DNA from: the human T2T-CHM13v2.0 reference genome, Homo sapiens
DNA length: 64,000 nt
Assembly (NCBI RefSeq): GCF_009914755.1
Contig: NC_060944.1
Direction: 5' to 3' (one strand)
Position 1 is the first letter of the stretch, and each line of letters begins with the position of its first letter. The notes below the pieces were generated by a model. It made no database searches. It worked only from the letters and a program-made list of their open reading frames with translations, and was not told the DNA's origin. Shown in pieces: positions 40,221 through 55,525 of this stretch. Made by a program: the position numbers and the translations under genes.

Positions 40221-41629
40221 TGAGTCTTGGGAAAGGAGTTCATATTATCCATGAGGAGGGAGTGCAGACAAAGCAAAGAAGGAGGATGTTTGGAGAGGGG
40301 TAGTCTTTGAGTGGAGCCTTTAGGGATGAGAAGGGTGAATTGAGATATACCGGGAAAGTAGAAAAGATAAAACACGTATTAAATGTTGTAAATTAATTTT
40401 TAAAATGTCATGTGTTCTGCTGGACATAGAAGTGAGGGAGAATCAATGAAATAGAAGACATGGTCCCTAAGGATTTTTTTTCTAATGAAGGGAGGGTAAG
40501 ACATGGAAAATAGTTGAGGAAACAAAATTACTCTCTCCAAAAGGAGAAAGAATTTTTAGCTTTTGTGAAGATTATTGTTTGTACAAAGACAATGATCTTA
40601 TTCACCAAGAGAAGACTCACTGGGCTGAAGAGTGGAGTTCATTATTCTCCAACAAAGAAGACTTGAAAAGTGGGTAAGCCTCTGGATATCTTTGCTTGGA
40701 AAGGTTCACATGGGGATACCATCAGCCTTGCCAAGAGTCAAGGGAACGAGATGAAGAATCTGAATTCCCTAGAAGTCCCATAGTTAATCACTAGCTCTCC
40801 TGTCTTGAAATTCAGTGTTTCTCGAAGACAGAGACTGGGAATTCCTTCTTTTTGTCCATCCATCACCCAGCATATAACTCCTGACATTTATTTGTATTGA
40901 CTAACTGACTAAGCACCATCTCTCAGTCTCCAGGCTGCGCCCGGGGTTGAGACTCCTATAGAGGAACAGAGCAGGGTCAATCCAAAGAGCCCTTTGTACT
41001 TCCGCCAACCTCAGCATTGTTTGTGTGTATGGAGAGGCTTTGTGCACAGGGACATGAGGCCTGCATTTGCAGGTCCTTGAGTTTTCTAGCAGCATTCAGT
41101 GAGAAATCTGTATCTGGGATAATCAATCTGGCAGAACCAGTCTTGTAACCAACAAGTTCCCTCTGCCTGTGATCTTCATAGATGGAGGTCACAGAAAGAA
41201 GTGTCTTGATACTGTTTTTGAGAATAGTAATGCTTCAAATATTTGGAGCACCATTTCTCTAAAGCACTCAAAACGCTTTCCACTTGGGGCTTTCATGAGT
41301 GTTTATAGCACTTAGCTCTTCAGGTTTGCCAGAAACCAAAGAAACCAACTTAGGGTGAAAATTATCAGTATTGTTAAACATACACAATACATACTCCTGG
41401 AACACTTATCAAACATTGTTCCACAAGTGACAAAAATGTACTTTCAAGCACTCAACAAAATGAGACTTCAACAGCAGACTTCAGTCTAATTGTGTCAGTG
41501 AGAAGCCAACCTAAATAGCGTTCTTTAGAGGAACGATGTCACGCTCCATTTCCACTGCCTATTTTAGGAGCCTTGTTGTTTCTCCCCTGGACTGCTGCAG
41601 TAGTCTCCTAATTTGCCCCTATCTCAGCC

Positions 41630-41820
41630 CTGAGTGATAGAACTTTCTGTGATGTTCTATGTCAGCACTGTCCAATATGGAAGCTATGAGCCACATACGA
41701 CCAGTGAGCACCTGAAATGGGGCCCGTGCAATGAGAAACTGAGGTTTTACATTTAAAATTTTTTAATGTAAATTTAAATGGCCACATATGCTCATGGCTG
41801 CTGCATTGAACAGCACAGCA
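41630..41820 (+). mobile_element. MER3
   Basis: atagaactttctgtgatg...ctgtccaatatgg..agccacat...aaatggccacatatg..catggctgctgcattgaacagcacag. Confidence 0.82.
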
Positions 41821-41834
41821 GCAGATTCTCCACA

Positions 41835-42137
41835 GCTCACCTAGCTGATGTCCTCAGCCACCAGGCTTACAGGCATGAGGCCAGTGACAAAATGCACAGA
41901 ATGGGGGAGCAGCAGTTTGTAGAAAACTTGAGACAGACACAGAAACCGGGATCTGCCATTCACAGATCTCCTTTTCTTTTCTTTTTTTTCTTGAAGAAAA
42001 AGTTTGAAATCTTTAATTTTTTATGATGTTAAATCTCCTTCATGAAAAAGTTAATTAAAAATGAAGTATCTTGGAGCCAAACCAACCCCTCCTGCTGGTT
42101 TCATTCAGCCCACGGGCCACCAGTTTGCAAGCTCTAC
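41835..42137. mobile_element. MER102-like hAT MITE
   Basis: ...ttcagcccacgggccaccagtttgcaagctct terminus. Confidence 0.55.
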
Positions 42138-42587
42138 TCTAGTTAACTTCCTAAGAGCAAACATGACTTTATTATACCTCTGCTCCATTACCTCTCAATA
42201 AAACCCAAACGTCCAACCTGCTACGTAAGGCTTTCCCAGCATGCCCTCAAGCTCTCCGTCCCACCTCCCAGGCACTAGCCATCCACCTGTGCTGGATTGA
42301 TCTTGGGGTTAGTTCCACACTTCACTTTCCTCTACCCTTAAATAAAACTCACTTCTCCTTCCATGATGCTCACTGTCTGCCTGGCCACAGAGCCAGGGAT
42401 CAACACACCTGCTACTTAGACTAGAATTTAGTCCCTGGAAGCCAAGCTCATCCAACCCTGGTATGAGTGCTGAGCCTGGCCTGTATCAGTTACTTACTTC
42501 ATGAAGCCTTGTCAAAACTGTGCAGATTGAACAGAGATGGCTTAGTTTGCCCTCTCATGGCGTTTTCCAGAGCGCCTCATACAATGT

Positions 42588-43220
42588 TGAAGCTGCATCA
42601 TTGTCTGGGTAATACCTGAGTTTTGCTGCTTCATGCCAAGAAAACTAAGGACACGGACACACATAAGGAGTGGGTTTAAGAGCTGAGGTTTAATAGGCAA
42701 AAGAAAGAGAACAGAGAACTGAGAGAGACAGAGAGAGACACCTGAATGGGACTTCTGGCCCAAGGCGGAATGCACCGGATTTTATAGACAGGCTTGTAGA
42801 GGCAGTGTCTGATTTACATAGGGCCCAGAGATTGGTTGAACCAGGTGTGATGTTTACATAGCACGTGGGGCAGACTGCCCCACCCTAATCTTATTATGCA
42901 CATGGGGTCTTTGCCTGGCTGGAGCCATGTTGTCTTCTCCTTACTCTACTGGTGGTTTGGCAAAGAGAAGAGAAGATGGAGCAGCCATTTTGAACACACC
43001 TAGTCCCAGGTAGCCTTTTCCTACTGGCACAACTGCCCGCATTCACCTGTGCAAGCTTCTAGTTTGCCTTTCTATGTCTGCAGCTCAATTTTCCAGGCTG
43101 CTCTTTGTTAGAAAAGAAATGATTTTCAGGCTACTTTCATTAAAAACAAAAACAAAAACCTGACCGAGGACTTCCTTACCCTCACTATCTGCCTAAATAA
43201 TTTCTTTTCGACTCATATCA
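42588..43220 (-). mobile_element. LTR9 (HUERS-P3) solo LTR
   Basis: rc starts TGATATGAG..AAGAAATTATTTAGGCAGATAGTGAGGGTAAGGAAGTCCTCGGT...CTAACAAAGAGCAGCCTG; ends ...GCTTCA. Confidence 0.85.
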
Positions 43221-44150
43221 ACATGAACACTTGGTGTGTTTGAGATGACAGGCAAGTCACATGAGGGATGACAACACAGCTAACTTAGGGAAGAGCATGC
43301 TGTTTGAGTTTGTGGTCACAAGGTAGCAAAATCCTTGCTTTTCATAGCTCAAAGCAGCCAGGAACCTAAAAGGAAAGAAATTATATCCTAACCAACCCTA
43401 AAGAAAATAACAAAACAACTTAGTCAATGTGTAACAACCCCAGAGGAAGTACATAAAAATGGTGGTTATTCTTTCAGAGTAAAAGAATAAACAGTAATAC
43501 CAGAGGCAGTTTTTTTCTCCCTGTTTTTAAAACGTTGTTAATAAAAAACTTATTTTCAATTCAAAAGTAACCATGATTATTGAAGGAAAAAAAGAGAATG
43601 GTAAAAGAAGAAAAAAGACAGTCATTCATAGTCCCATGATTCCCCAAATAACAATAATACATGCATTGGGCTTCCCTGTATCTTCTGTATAGTATTTTCT
43701 TTTTGTTTTTTGGCTACTATTTGATATTCTGTTTTACATTATCATTATAGTAGGATAATTTTTTCTATTATTAGACATCTAAACATAATTTCACTTTTTA
43801 TACTATTCCCCCAAGTAGATATACTGTTAACCACACTTTAGTTGGCCACTTAAATTATTTACAATTTGCATTCTATAAATAAAGCTTGCAGAATATCTTT
43901 ATGAATACAACTTTTTCCATAGTTAGAATTATTTACTTAGAAAATATCTTAAAAAGTAAAATTCCTGTGGCAAAGAATTTGAATATTCCACTGGCCCTAA
44001 TATATATATGTAAACTCACCACTTTTAGGTTGAGACCTCAGATCTGGAAAATGAATTTAGTGAAAAGAAGGAAAAGTGAGCTATCAATTGGCACAGACAG
44101 TCTTTCTCATTTTCCTTCATAATATGCCTTATTTTATGCCACTACATAGC

Positions 44151-44637
44151 TGTGGCACATAGCAAACATGGCCACAAATTCTTTCCATTTTTGTTTCCTT
44201 CTGCGATGTGACTTGAAAGCTCCATCAATCAAGATATGGCAGCTTTATCCATGTGGCCTGACTTGGTTAATAGATATCATCACACATGATGAAAACAGAG
44301 GCTTGAAAAGTGCTTGCTCAAGAAGCCTTGCCCACTGGCTGCCTTTGGAACTGAGCTTCCATGTGAAGAAGCCTGGAATAGAAGACACGGAGCAGTTGAG
44401 GCACCTTATCTGGTTCCCCCAAGACCAACCTACCTGCCAATCACCAGACACATAAGTGAGGCCATCCTGGACCATCCAGCTCCCACCAGGCCATAAACAC
44501 CTGAAAGATCCTGGCAGATATCAGTGAAGCCACTCAACCTACCCAGAGAATTGTGAACTAAACTAAATTGTTGCTTTAGATTACTAAGTTTAGGGTTAGT
44601 TTGTCAGTTTGTTTTGCAGTGAAAGCTAATTGATACA
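44151..44637 (+). mobile_element. MLT1G-type MaLR solo LTR
   Basis: tgtggca..aacatggccacaaattct...cagaggcttgaaaagtgcttg...gtgaggccatcctggaccatccag...aagctaattgataca. Confidence 0.8.
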
Positions 44638-46011
44638 GACATAGATTCTAAAACAGAATGAAATAATCAACATACCTGCACCATCAAGGCAGCAGAAAAT
44701 GATTTCTGCATTTGCATGCCTTCAAGATCTCAAACTCATAACAAGTAGCTCCTTGCCAGCTGACAATACGTCCTTGCCATGTTACATATACCAACAAATT
44801 CATTTTAAAGCAGTGTTTAAACAAATCTGCTAACTACTTCTTCCCTGAAAACAAGAGTTCTTCCTTCAAAAGCAGAGCCTTTTGTAAATTTTAGTTTTGG
44901 ATATAACAAAGGTCCCCATTTTCCTCTCATACTGTCTTGGAGTCTGGCTACCTAAGGGAAGAAAGGGACAAATAAATAACTGTGTGGACTCATATTCTGA
45001 ACCCATTCAAGAAAACTCTGGTTCACATCATCAAATACAGATAATATTCCCTCTCCTTACTTCCCCACCTCCCACCAGGGGCCAGGTCCTGTGAGCTGAA
45101 GGAACCTGTTATGCTATAAAGGGGAAGAGAGAATAAGTGTGTTCTGAGCATGGGACCCATCTAGGCAATGTGCCATATTGGTGAACTCAACTTGCTGAAT
45201 TTATTCATTTTCCAAAATATTACAGAGACCATTACCCTTGCTGTTTCCTCATGAGATCCCAGAAAGCAGCCCCTTTCCAACTGAGTGGAAAGCTCCTTTA
45301 AATGGGTCCCTCTGTGCTGGAAAGGAGCCACAGTGCCCCGTGCCTGTCCACACCAGCTCTGAAGGAGAGCAGCTCCTGTCACTCTGACCATGTCTTTCAT
45401 AGGCTGACAGCAGGAGGTCTGGGGGTTTGGCTGGGTTACTACTCCTGTGGCACACAGAAGAGGCAGCGTCCTTCTCCCTAGAACCTGGCAATGCTCCTGG
45501 AGAATAATTGGAGTCCAAGTGCCAGTTGTCATTCAAAGGCTTTGCAACCTGGGGCAAGTCACTTAACACCACTGAGTCTCAGCCTCCTTAACTATTTCAC
45601 TGATTTCCCAAGGGGACTAAGATAGCACAAAGACAATTTTCAAAGGCAGAGTGTTAAGTGGGAATTGCACTAATCTTGACAATTGGCAAAGTACTGAACA
45701 GATTCTATTTTTAAAAGCACAATCCAGTCTTCTATCAGACTTTAAAAGGCTATCCAAATTCTTTGCTGTAAAATCTTGTTGTACAGGAAATTGCAACATA
45801 CAATTGGTCAATTTCAGTAGCTGGAAGTTATGGTTTTTCTTTAATGGGTTTTTGTTCTGCAACTGTTAGTTGGATCACAAAATGTGGAATGTACCTTCTG
45901 AAAAGCTCTTAAGACATGTATATTTGAGAATCCATGCTAATCAATTGTCCAAAATGGTAACAGAAGTCACCCAAACCAAATTAAGCCTGTTTCTAGCTTT
46001 CTTTCTAAACA

Positions 46012-47389
<1,378 letters not shown>

Positions 47390-49147
47390 TCCCATTCACA
47401 ACTGCCCCAAAAAGAATAAAATACCTAGGAATACAACTAACTGGGGAAGTAAAAGATCTCTACAAGCAGAACTACAAACCACTGCTCAAAGAAATCAAGG
47501 ATGACACAAATAGAAAAACATTCAATGTTCATGGATAGGAAGAATCAATATCATTAAAATGGCCATACTGACCAAAGTAATTTGTAGATTCAATGCTATT
47601 TCTATTAAACTACCATTGAAATTCTTCACAAAACTAGAAAAGCTATTTTAAAATTCATATGGAACCCAAAAAAAGCCTAAATAGCCAAGGCAGAAAGAAC
47701 AAAGCTGGAGGCATCACACTACCCAACTTCAAACTATGAAACAGGACTACAGTAACCAAAACAACATGACACTGATACAAAAACAGACACATAGACAAAT
47801 AGAACAGAATAGAGAACCCAGAAATAAGATCACAAACCTACAACTATCTGATCTTTAACAAACCTGACAAAAACAAGCAACAGGGAAAGGATTCCTTATT
47901 CAATAAATCGTGATGGGATAACTGGCTAGCTATATGCAGAAGATTGAAACTGGACCCCTTCCTTACACCATATACAAAAATTTACTGAAGATGGATTAAA
48001 GACTTACATGTAAAACCCAAAACTACAAAAACTTTGGAAGACAAACTAGGTAATGCCATTCAGACTAGGCATGGGCAAAGATTTCATGATGAGGACAACA
48101 AAAGCAATTGCAACAAAAGCAAAAAATGACAAATGGAATCTAATTACAATAAAACATCTTCTGCACAGCAAAAGAAACTATCAGCAGAGTGAATAGATAA
48201 CCTAAGAATGGGAGAAAATTTTTGTAATCTATGCATCTGACACAGGCCTAATATCCAGTATCTATAAAGAACTTAAACAAATTTACAAGAAAAAACAACC
48301 CATTAAAAAGTGGCAAAGGACATAAGCAGATACTTTTCAAAAGAAGACATACATGTGGCCAACAAACATGAAAAGAAGCTCAACATCACTGATCATTAGA
48401 GAAATGCAAATTAAAACCACAATGAGATGCCATCTCACAGCAGTCAGAATGGCTATTCTTAAAAAGTCAAAAAAATAAAAGATGTTGACAAGGTTGTGGC
48501 GATAAAGGAATGCTTATACACTGTTGATGGGAGTGTAAATTCATTCAGCCATTGTGGAAGATAGTGTGGTGGTTCCTGAAAGACCTAAAGACAGAAATAG
48601 CATTTGACCCAGTAATCCCATTACTGGGTATATACCCAAAAGAATACAAATCATTCTTTTATAAAGAAACATGCATGCATGAATGTTCATTGCAGCACTA
48701 TTCACAATAGCAAAGACATGGAATCAATCTAAATGATCGTCAATGATAGACTGCATAAAGAAAATGTTGTACATATATACCATGGAATACTATGCAGCCA
48801 TAAAAAAGAATGAGATCATGTCCTCTGCAGAGGCACAGATGAATCTGGAGGCCATTATCCTCAGCAAACTCATATAGGAACAGAAAGCCAAGTACTGTAT
48901 GTTCTTACTTATAAGTGGGAGCTAAATGATGGGAACACATGGACACATAGAAGGGAATAACAGATACTGGGGTCTATCAAAGGATGGAGGGTGGGAGGAG
49001 GGGGAGGATCAAAAAAATAATTAATGGATACTAGGCTTAATATCTGGGTGATAAAATAATCTGTACAACAAACCCTCCTTACACAAGTTTACCTATGTAA
49101 CAATCCTGCCCATGTACCCCTGAACTTAAAATAAAAGTTTAAAAAAA
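47390..49147 (+). mobile_element. 3' sense segment of L1PA13-type element with poly(A)
   Basis: 3'UTR ...actaggcttaatatctgggtgataaaataatctgtacaacaaaccc...cccctgaacttaaaataaaagtt. Confidence 0.92.
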
Positions 49148-49344
49148 TGCTATTTTTTCAATGCCAATAAAACAGATGTTATTACATTGAAAATATGATC
49201 CTTGAAATTTTTAAGAATAAACTTTTGTTCAAAAGCCTAAATAAAGCTTCTAAAGATTAAAAAAATAGAAATGAAAAAATACTTTATTGTCATTTTCCCC
49301 AAATTCTGGCTGGAGAAATCCACTCACTCTCCCTCAGTGCCAAC

Positions 49345-50300
49345 TGTTTGCATTTTCTACTGCTGCCACAGCAAATTACTATGGACTTAGTGACTTCAAA
49401 CAACAAAAATTTAGTGTCGTGTTGTTCTGTAGGTCAGAAGTCCAATGTGGGTCTCACTGGGCTAAAGTCAGGGGGTAGACAGGATGTGTCCTTTCGGAAA
49501 GATCTAAGGAAGAATTTATTTCTTTGCTTTTTCCAGCTTCTAAATCCACCCACATTCCTCAGCTCATGGTCCCCATTCTCCATCTCCAAAGCCGGCAATG
49601 TAGCAACTCTGAGCCTTCCTCCATCATCACATTTCTTTCTGACAACAGTCAAGAGAGACTCGGCTTTTAAGAAATCATGTGATTAGCATGGGTCTACCCC
49701 AGTGATCTAGGAAAGTCTCCCCATTTCAAGACCCTTAATCACATCTACAGAGTCCCTTTTGCCATGTAAGGTAACATAGTCACAGGTTCCTAGGATTTGG
49801 ACATGGTATAGAGTAAATGCCCCTGATAGCAATAACTCAGGCATACTCTGGAAATGACCCTGTGTGGGAGACACATCTGAATGTGTGTTCCGAGCTAGGG
49901 AATCCGGGCATGGACAACCCAGAGATTCATTCCTTGTCTATGGGGGAACATCTGAGCCCCCTCAGCCAGTCCCGTGGACTTCGGGCCATACAGGGGACTG
50001 AGGCCCTGCATTTTGGGACAAACGAAGGTTGTCAGGTGGAGGTCTTTAAGGGGAGGGTGTTAAGTAAAAAATGCTATATGAACTCCACGCTGTTTGCACA
50101 CAGTTGCAATTTTCCTGTCCAGCCCACTGCCACTGGACTCTCTCCCCTGTATGGGAGCCCCTAATCAAACCCCATGTCCTGTTTCCTGGATCTGGGTCTT
50201 TTCTTCAGCCTCTTGAACCTGGTGCCTTCCATATTAAGGTTAATAGGGGTTTGGCACAACACATGGACATCTTTGTGGGGCCATGATTCTGCCTACAACA
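49345..50300 (-). mobile_element. MLT1C-type MaLR LTR split by another LTR
   Basis: ttctgtaggtcagaagtccaatgtgggtctcactgggctaaa...cttttgccatgtaaggtaacat..cacaggttcc; resumes 50267-50300. Confidence 0.82.
49807..50261 (+). mobile_element. Solo ERVL-class LTR (LTR47-like)
   Basis: Exact 5-bp TSD catgg (49802-49806, 50262-50266); ttccgagctagggaatccggg...gattcattccttgtctatg. Confidence 0.7.
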
Positions 50301-52475
50301 CCCCTTCACTCATGTCTTCTACCTCCTGAATGCCTTGACAACTACTCTTCGTCTAACAAACTGCAAACTACCCTTTCATGCCTCAAGTGCCCTCTCCTTC
50401 AGGAAGCTTTCCCTGCTCAGTCTGAATGGAAGTAATGTCTCCTCTTAATTCCTTTAGTGCCTATCTGCCCTGATCCCTTGGCAATTTAGCTTTTTAAACT
50501 CTACATCCTTCAGTTCCTCAACTCATCTTTTGGAGCCCTCTTAAAGAAAGGAGGACATCCATGTGAACATTGCAAAGATCCAAGATTCTCAATTACACAT
50601 TTTTAAAGGCTCGCAATATTTAGAAATCATAACTACTTAATTGATTGATCAAAACTGCCTTGTGCTAAATGTACTTTAATTTGCAGGGCAACCTAAAAAG
50701 ATTAAAAAGACATATATACTTTGCAGTAACCTGGAAAATAACTTCTTGAAGTCAAAAGACACCATGGGAGAAAGCAGTTTGTTCTCTTAAGCTCATAAAG
50801 CAATGGAGTATTGATGCAGGTTTATACAGATCACAGAAAACCCTTCTCAGCAACCTATGGAGAGGCTCTGGTATCTTCCCCAAAGCCTCACCTTCTTCAC
50901 GATCCCTCTGTCAAATGGCACCTCCAAATGTCTTCTCTCCATCCTGGACTTTCTGGTAACAAAGATTTCATCCCATTTTCAAGATCTTAAGTTGTCTTAA
51001 GTTTTACATACCGAAGAAAAATTGCTGTCAATCAAGGTTATAAATATTTTACGCAAGCAGGCAGTGAAAAGGAGATTAGGAAGGGCCTAGAACAATCAGC
51101 TGAACCAATGGAGAAATACAGAACAAGTCTCTATGCGAGTATGAAGAAATCAGGTGATCTGGCCTCTGGAAAACTAAGTCCCTCAGGAGAGTGCCTCGGG
51201 GTGGCGGGGGGTGTGGAATTCTAAAGTACTCCTTTTTTCCAGATCACTTCTTTTACTTGGTTTTAATATTAAATCTTTATATGCTTAATATAGGTTATCA
51301 CCTAAAATGCAGTTTCCTGTGCCTAAGAGCAGAATGGCTGTGTTCTGTGTGTGCAGGACCCTGGCAGGGAAGAGTGTATGAAGCTGGTTCTACTATAAAA
51401 CTACTATAAAACTTCAAAGGCTAGAACTGGACTCCCCAGGTAGAAAAAAAACATGGAATTCAGTTCAATAATAGAAAAACATTTTAAAAAGTCAGACCTG
51501 TCCTCAAATGAAGTAGGTGACCTCAGAGGGGTCACTGTGTGCAAGACTGTGGTGCAGGGATGGTGGGTAACCTGATGACGTCTTCTAGATTTTGATCAAA
51601 GGGACCATTGCTTTGGAGGGAAAGGGACACAACTCTGACCCTAAGGAGGCTGGAAAACACAGGCTTGGGGTGAGTTGCAGACACCTTATCTGAGTTCAGA
51701 GACAATGAAGTGGACCCTCCTGCCTCTATTTCCTAAGAGAAGCAGGGTGTGACTGAATGGCTGCAAATATTCTGATTCTAGTGCCCTGAACTTCATGTCT
51801 GGGCCCTCCACACACTCGCACCCAATGAGGCTATTGGCAGAGCCTCAGAGGGAAGACGAGCATCTTATGGTAAGCAGCAAAGCAACTTGCTGGTATGATT
51901 CCCAAACCCTCTTAGAAGGTGCCAGCAAATAGCCTTTGCAGACAAGGAGATGGATATGGAAGTGTAGAACATCACATTACTGGACTCAGCAGAGAGCAGT
52001 GCTGTTTAAGATACCACCAAAGTTGCTTTAATGAGAGAAACCTCAATGACAAAAGCCGAGAGAACACAACAGGATACTCTAGGAGAAAATCTCCAAATGA
52101 GCTTGCTCTCCCCAATACCTTCATGCCATGATTTTTCTTATTTGAAAACAGTTTTTCTTAAGCAAAGATGCTGCATCTTTGAATGAGATTTAGGCTAATG
52201 CCTACATATCATATTATTATATATATGCAAAGCAGTGCCTGGAACATTGCAATAAATGTCACATAACATCTTTATTACATTCACCCTGAGGGAAACTAGG
52301 TAGAACTGCAAATATCTTGATTAAAACACTTATATTTAAGGACTCTACTTACTCTTTTTGATATGTACACTTTCATAGATAGATAAGGAATGCTTGGCTT
52401 TTTCATCTCAAATAAAGCAAAAGTGAGTTATAACTGTATTTCACTGTGGGCCTGGGCTGTGATTTCCACCCCAGG

Positions 52476-52528
52476 GAAAGAAGGAGAGAGAGAGGGAGAG
52501 AGAGAGCGAGAGAGAGAGAGACAGAGAC

Positions 52529-52559
<31 letters not shown>

Positions 52560-52645
52560 GAGAGAAGCAGAAAGAGAGAGAGAGAGAGAGAGAGAGAGTA
52601 TAGGGAGACAGGGATAGGAGGAATAGAGAAAGAGAAAGGGGGGAA
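52476..52645 (+). repeat. (GA)n / purine-rich low-complexity tract
   Basis: ~110 nt of near-pure GA repeat 52484-52598 plus purine-rich flanks. Confidence 0.95.
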
Positions 52646-53044
52646 ATATTCTTATCCCTCTACAGACTTGGCTACAGGACATGGATGTGGATAAGGCCCT
52701 TCTCTTTTCAGCCCAAAACTTTGAGTGCCCAACAGTTTCTTTAGGGCTCAGCACAATTCAGATAAAAGATGGGCTGGAGGCAGTATGAATGTTACCTGTA
52801 TGTTCTTTGCCTTTATAGTTGATGGCACATGTGTATACTTTTAACTGATAACTTTCTCTTAGAGTGTTGAATGTGCATTTCACTGTGATCAACAAACTCA
52901 AAAAATGACCTTGCATTGAGAAGGCTAAACGGTCTCCCCAACTGAGGTTTGACAAATACTTGAGCAAAACCTCTATTTCTGCACTTCTCAAGGAGCTTGG
53001 AGCACTGGGAAATTTTTAATGAGGAGTGTTATCTGGACTATTCT

Positions 53045-53233
53045 CACTGGTGTGCTGGTAAATAACAGTAGCTTTCCAGGGTGGGTCTGGGGAGTCCTGA
53101 TTTGTAGCATTTGCCAATTTCTATGGTTTAAATAGTCCTCCCATGACTAATTTCAAGCTACTAATGGCTCACAAATTTCCTCAAAATTCAACAGTCAGCT
53201 CTCATGAGTCAGAATGAACTGGCTCACACCACT
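53045..53233 (-). mobile_element. MER63A (hAT-Blackjack MITE)
   Basis: TIRs cactggtgtgctgg ... cacaccactg; cctgatttgtagcatttgccaatttc. Confidence 0.8.
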
Positions 53234-55259
53234 GAATCTATTCTCATCTACCTGTGACAAAAGAAAATGTAACTGTTGGTCACCTGAGTATTCCCCCTCC
53301 CTATTTTTTTTAATGAAATGTCCTTTTTCCATCACAGCCATTGCATTTGCAAGGGTCAGCCCATGGCATTATCCAGTAGAAGCTTTTACTCAGGGCTCAA
53401 ACAAGTAGTATGGAGACCCATGAAAAGCCACCCAGGCCTTCCTCTTGCCAATTCCCTTTGATTTATTAAATGCAATGTTACCCATATGGCCATGCCACAA
53501 TTTGGCCAGTAGCTCTAGTTTCAAATAGATTCTCAAAATTCAGAGCACAAAATTCGTGTGTTTGAGACTTCTTCTGTCTTCTTTCATCAGAGGCACCTGG
53601 AAGTAATGTGAGGATTTGTCTATGGAATGGAAGAGGGGCACACATGGGAACACAGTGGGAGGACCCCAGGCCTGCCTTGCCTCCACCTTTGAGCTTGTTC
53701 ATCCTCATCCTCTTTTCAACCAGTGTAGAGAGGACGAGAGACAGAAAAGAATCTGGGGAACCTACTATCGCATATAAACAACTTCTTTTCATAATTCTAA
53801 CAAAAGAGGAAACTATTTTCAAAACTGGGAACCCAGTATTCCTTTGGATCAATATTTATTCTCATTTTTATGTTAAAAAATAGGGGAGCAGGTTCCCGGG
53901 CTTCAGTTTTTGTCCAGGTGACTGAATATTTTCTCCTTTCCTTTTTCAACTTTTTAAAGCTATGACCAACTTGTTCTTGACCAATTGATAGGGAAGTTTG
54001 TGGAAGGCAGGGCAGTGACCTCATTTGCTCATAGCTATTGATCGACTTTAACTTGTCCTCTTGTCTTTCCTATACCCTCTGAGTATTCAGGGCTGGCAAT
54101 GTGGCCTTTCAGTCCTGGAGGCTCATAGCCATGATCATCATTAATCTGATACCTCAAATGCCACTTCTGATGCAAATTACTTTTTATATGTGTATTGGTG
54201 GACATCAGAGCTGAAAAGAAGTGTAAAAGGAATTATTAAGCAAGATAATTTGGCTAACACATTCCTACACTGACACCAGAGTGTCACGTTCCACACAGGA
54301 GCCAAGCAAAGAGCTTGGGTTGTTTCCACGGGATAACCAGAGTCTGTGTTTGAGAAGTGTTAAATCTGATGTGTCGGGACCAGTTCTTCTTCCCTGGCAT
54401 GTTTTTGAGGAGGTAGAACAAAGGCCCACCCAACATGAACAAAGAGAAGAAGCCCACCCAGAAGAATGCAGTCACAAGGAGCCGAAAGAAAACACTCTTC
54501 TGTTGACATTTCTTCTGAAAATCTTCATGGAGTGTAGACTTGGGGAAATTACCTTAAAAATTTAATAAGTCTAGAAAAGGAGTTATCAGAAATAAAAATC
54601 AGGAATCTCAGCTTATCTCTTGGAGACCAAAGTCTGTCTTTGAGGATGGGCTCTGAGTTCCCATGGACATCACCTCCCACAATGCATGCAGCGGGCAACA
54701 TGCTTCTGGCTAGCTTTGCTGCTTTCTGATTAATACCGTAAGAAAGGAAACATTTCTCCCTGGAACAACTTTGTCATCGCCTTCCCTTTTGAAGATTTTA
54801 TCAAAGCAAACAAAGCAAAGCAAAGCTACCTCTGGTGCATCACATTGAAGGTGGTCTGAACAAAGGAAGCTGAAAGATACAGTTCATGGGCTCTAAAGGC
54901 CACCCTCCTGAAGCAACCCGGCTCTTCCTGTTTGCCTTTCTCACTCGCTGCTGCCAGCTGGGAAACTTTGCCCTGTCTGGGCTGGTTCACTCAGATTTCC
55001 CTGAACATGTCCTAGGATTTCAGCTGGAGTTCACTGTTCCCTCTCCATGTTTTGTTGAAAATGCCCTTCTCTGAGTATTTGTACTTAACGCCTGCCTCAC
55101 CTTTGAGGTTCAGCTAATGTCCCACAATTCATGAAGCTCTCTCTTCTGTTTTTTCCTGGTCTGAACATCTTCCCATCCCACAACTTTTTGCCTCCTAGGA
55201 TTTCCCCTCTGGCTATTCCCCCTCAGTTTCCCAGCCATGTTATAAGCATTCCTAGGTCA

Positions 55260-55525
55260 GGCTGGGCATAGCGGCCTGTCATCCAGTGCTTCGGGAAGCC
55301 AAAGTGGGAGGATAGCTTGAGGCCAGGAATTCGAAACTAGCCTGGGCAACATACCAAGACACTTTGTCTACAAAAAACTTAGCTGGACTTGGTGGCATGT
55401 GCTTATAGTACCAGCTACTCAAGAGGATGGCTTGAGCCCAAGAGTTTGAGGTTTTAGTGAACCATGATCACACAACTGCACTTAAGCCGGTGTGATAAAG
55501 TGAAACCCTGTCTCTAAAAAAAATA
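55260..55525 (+). mobile_element. AluJ (diverged, internal deletions)
   Basis: gggaggatagcttgaggccaggaattcg...aggatggcttgagcccaagagtttgagg. Confidence 0.88.

Noticed and set aside
45990-46011. TSD for the inverted L1PA13 (vs 49148-49165)
   Set aside because: Similarity is too degenerate to call
52390-52754. ER/LS-repeat ORFs
   Set aside because: Translation of the (GA)n tract
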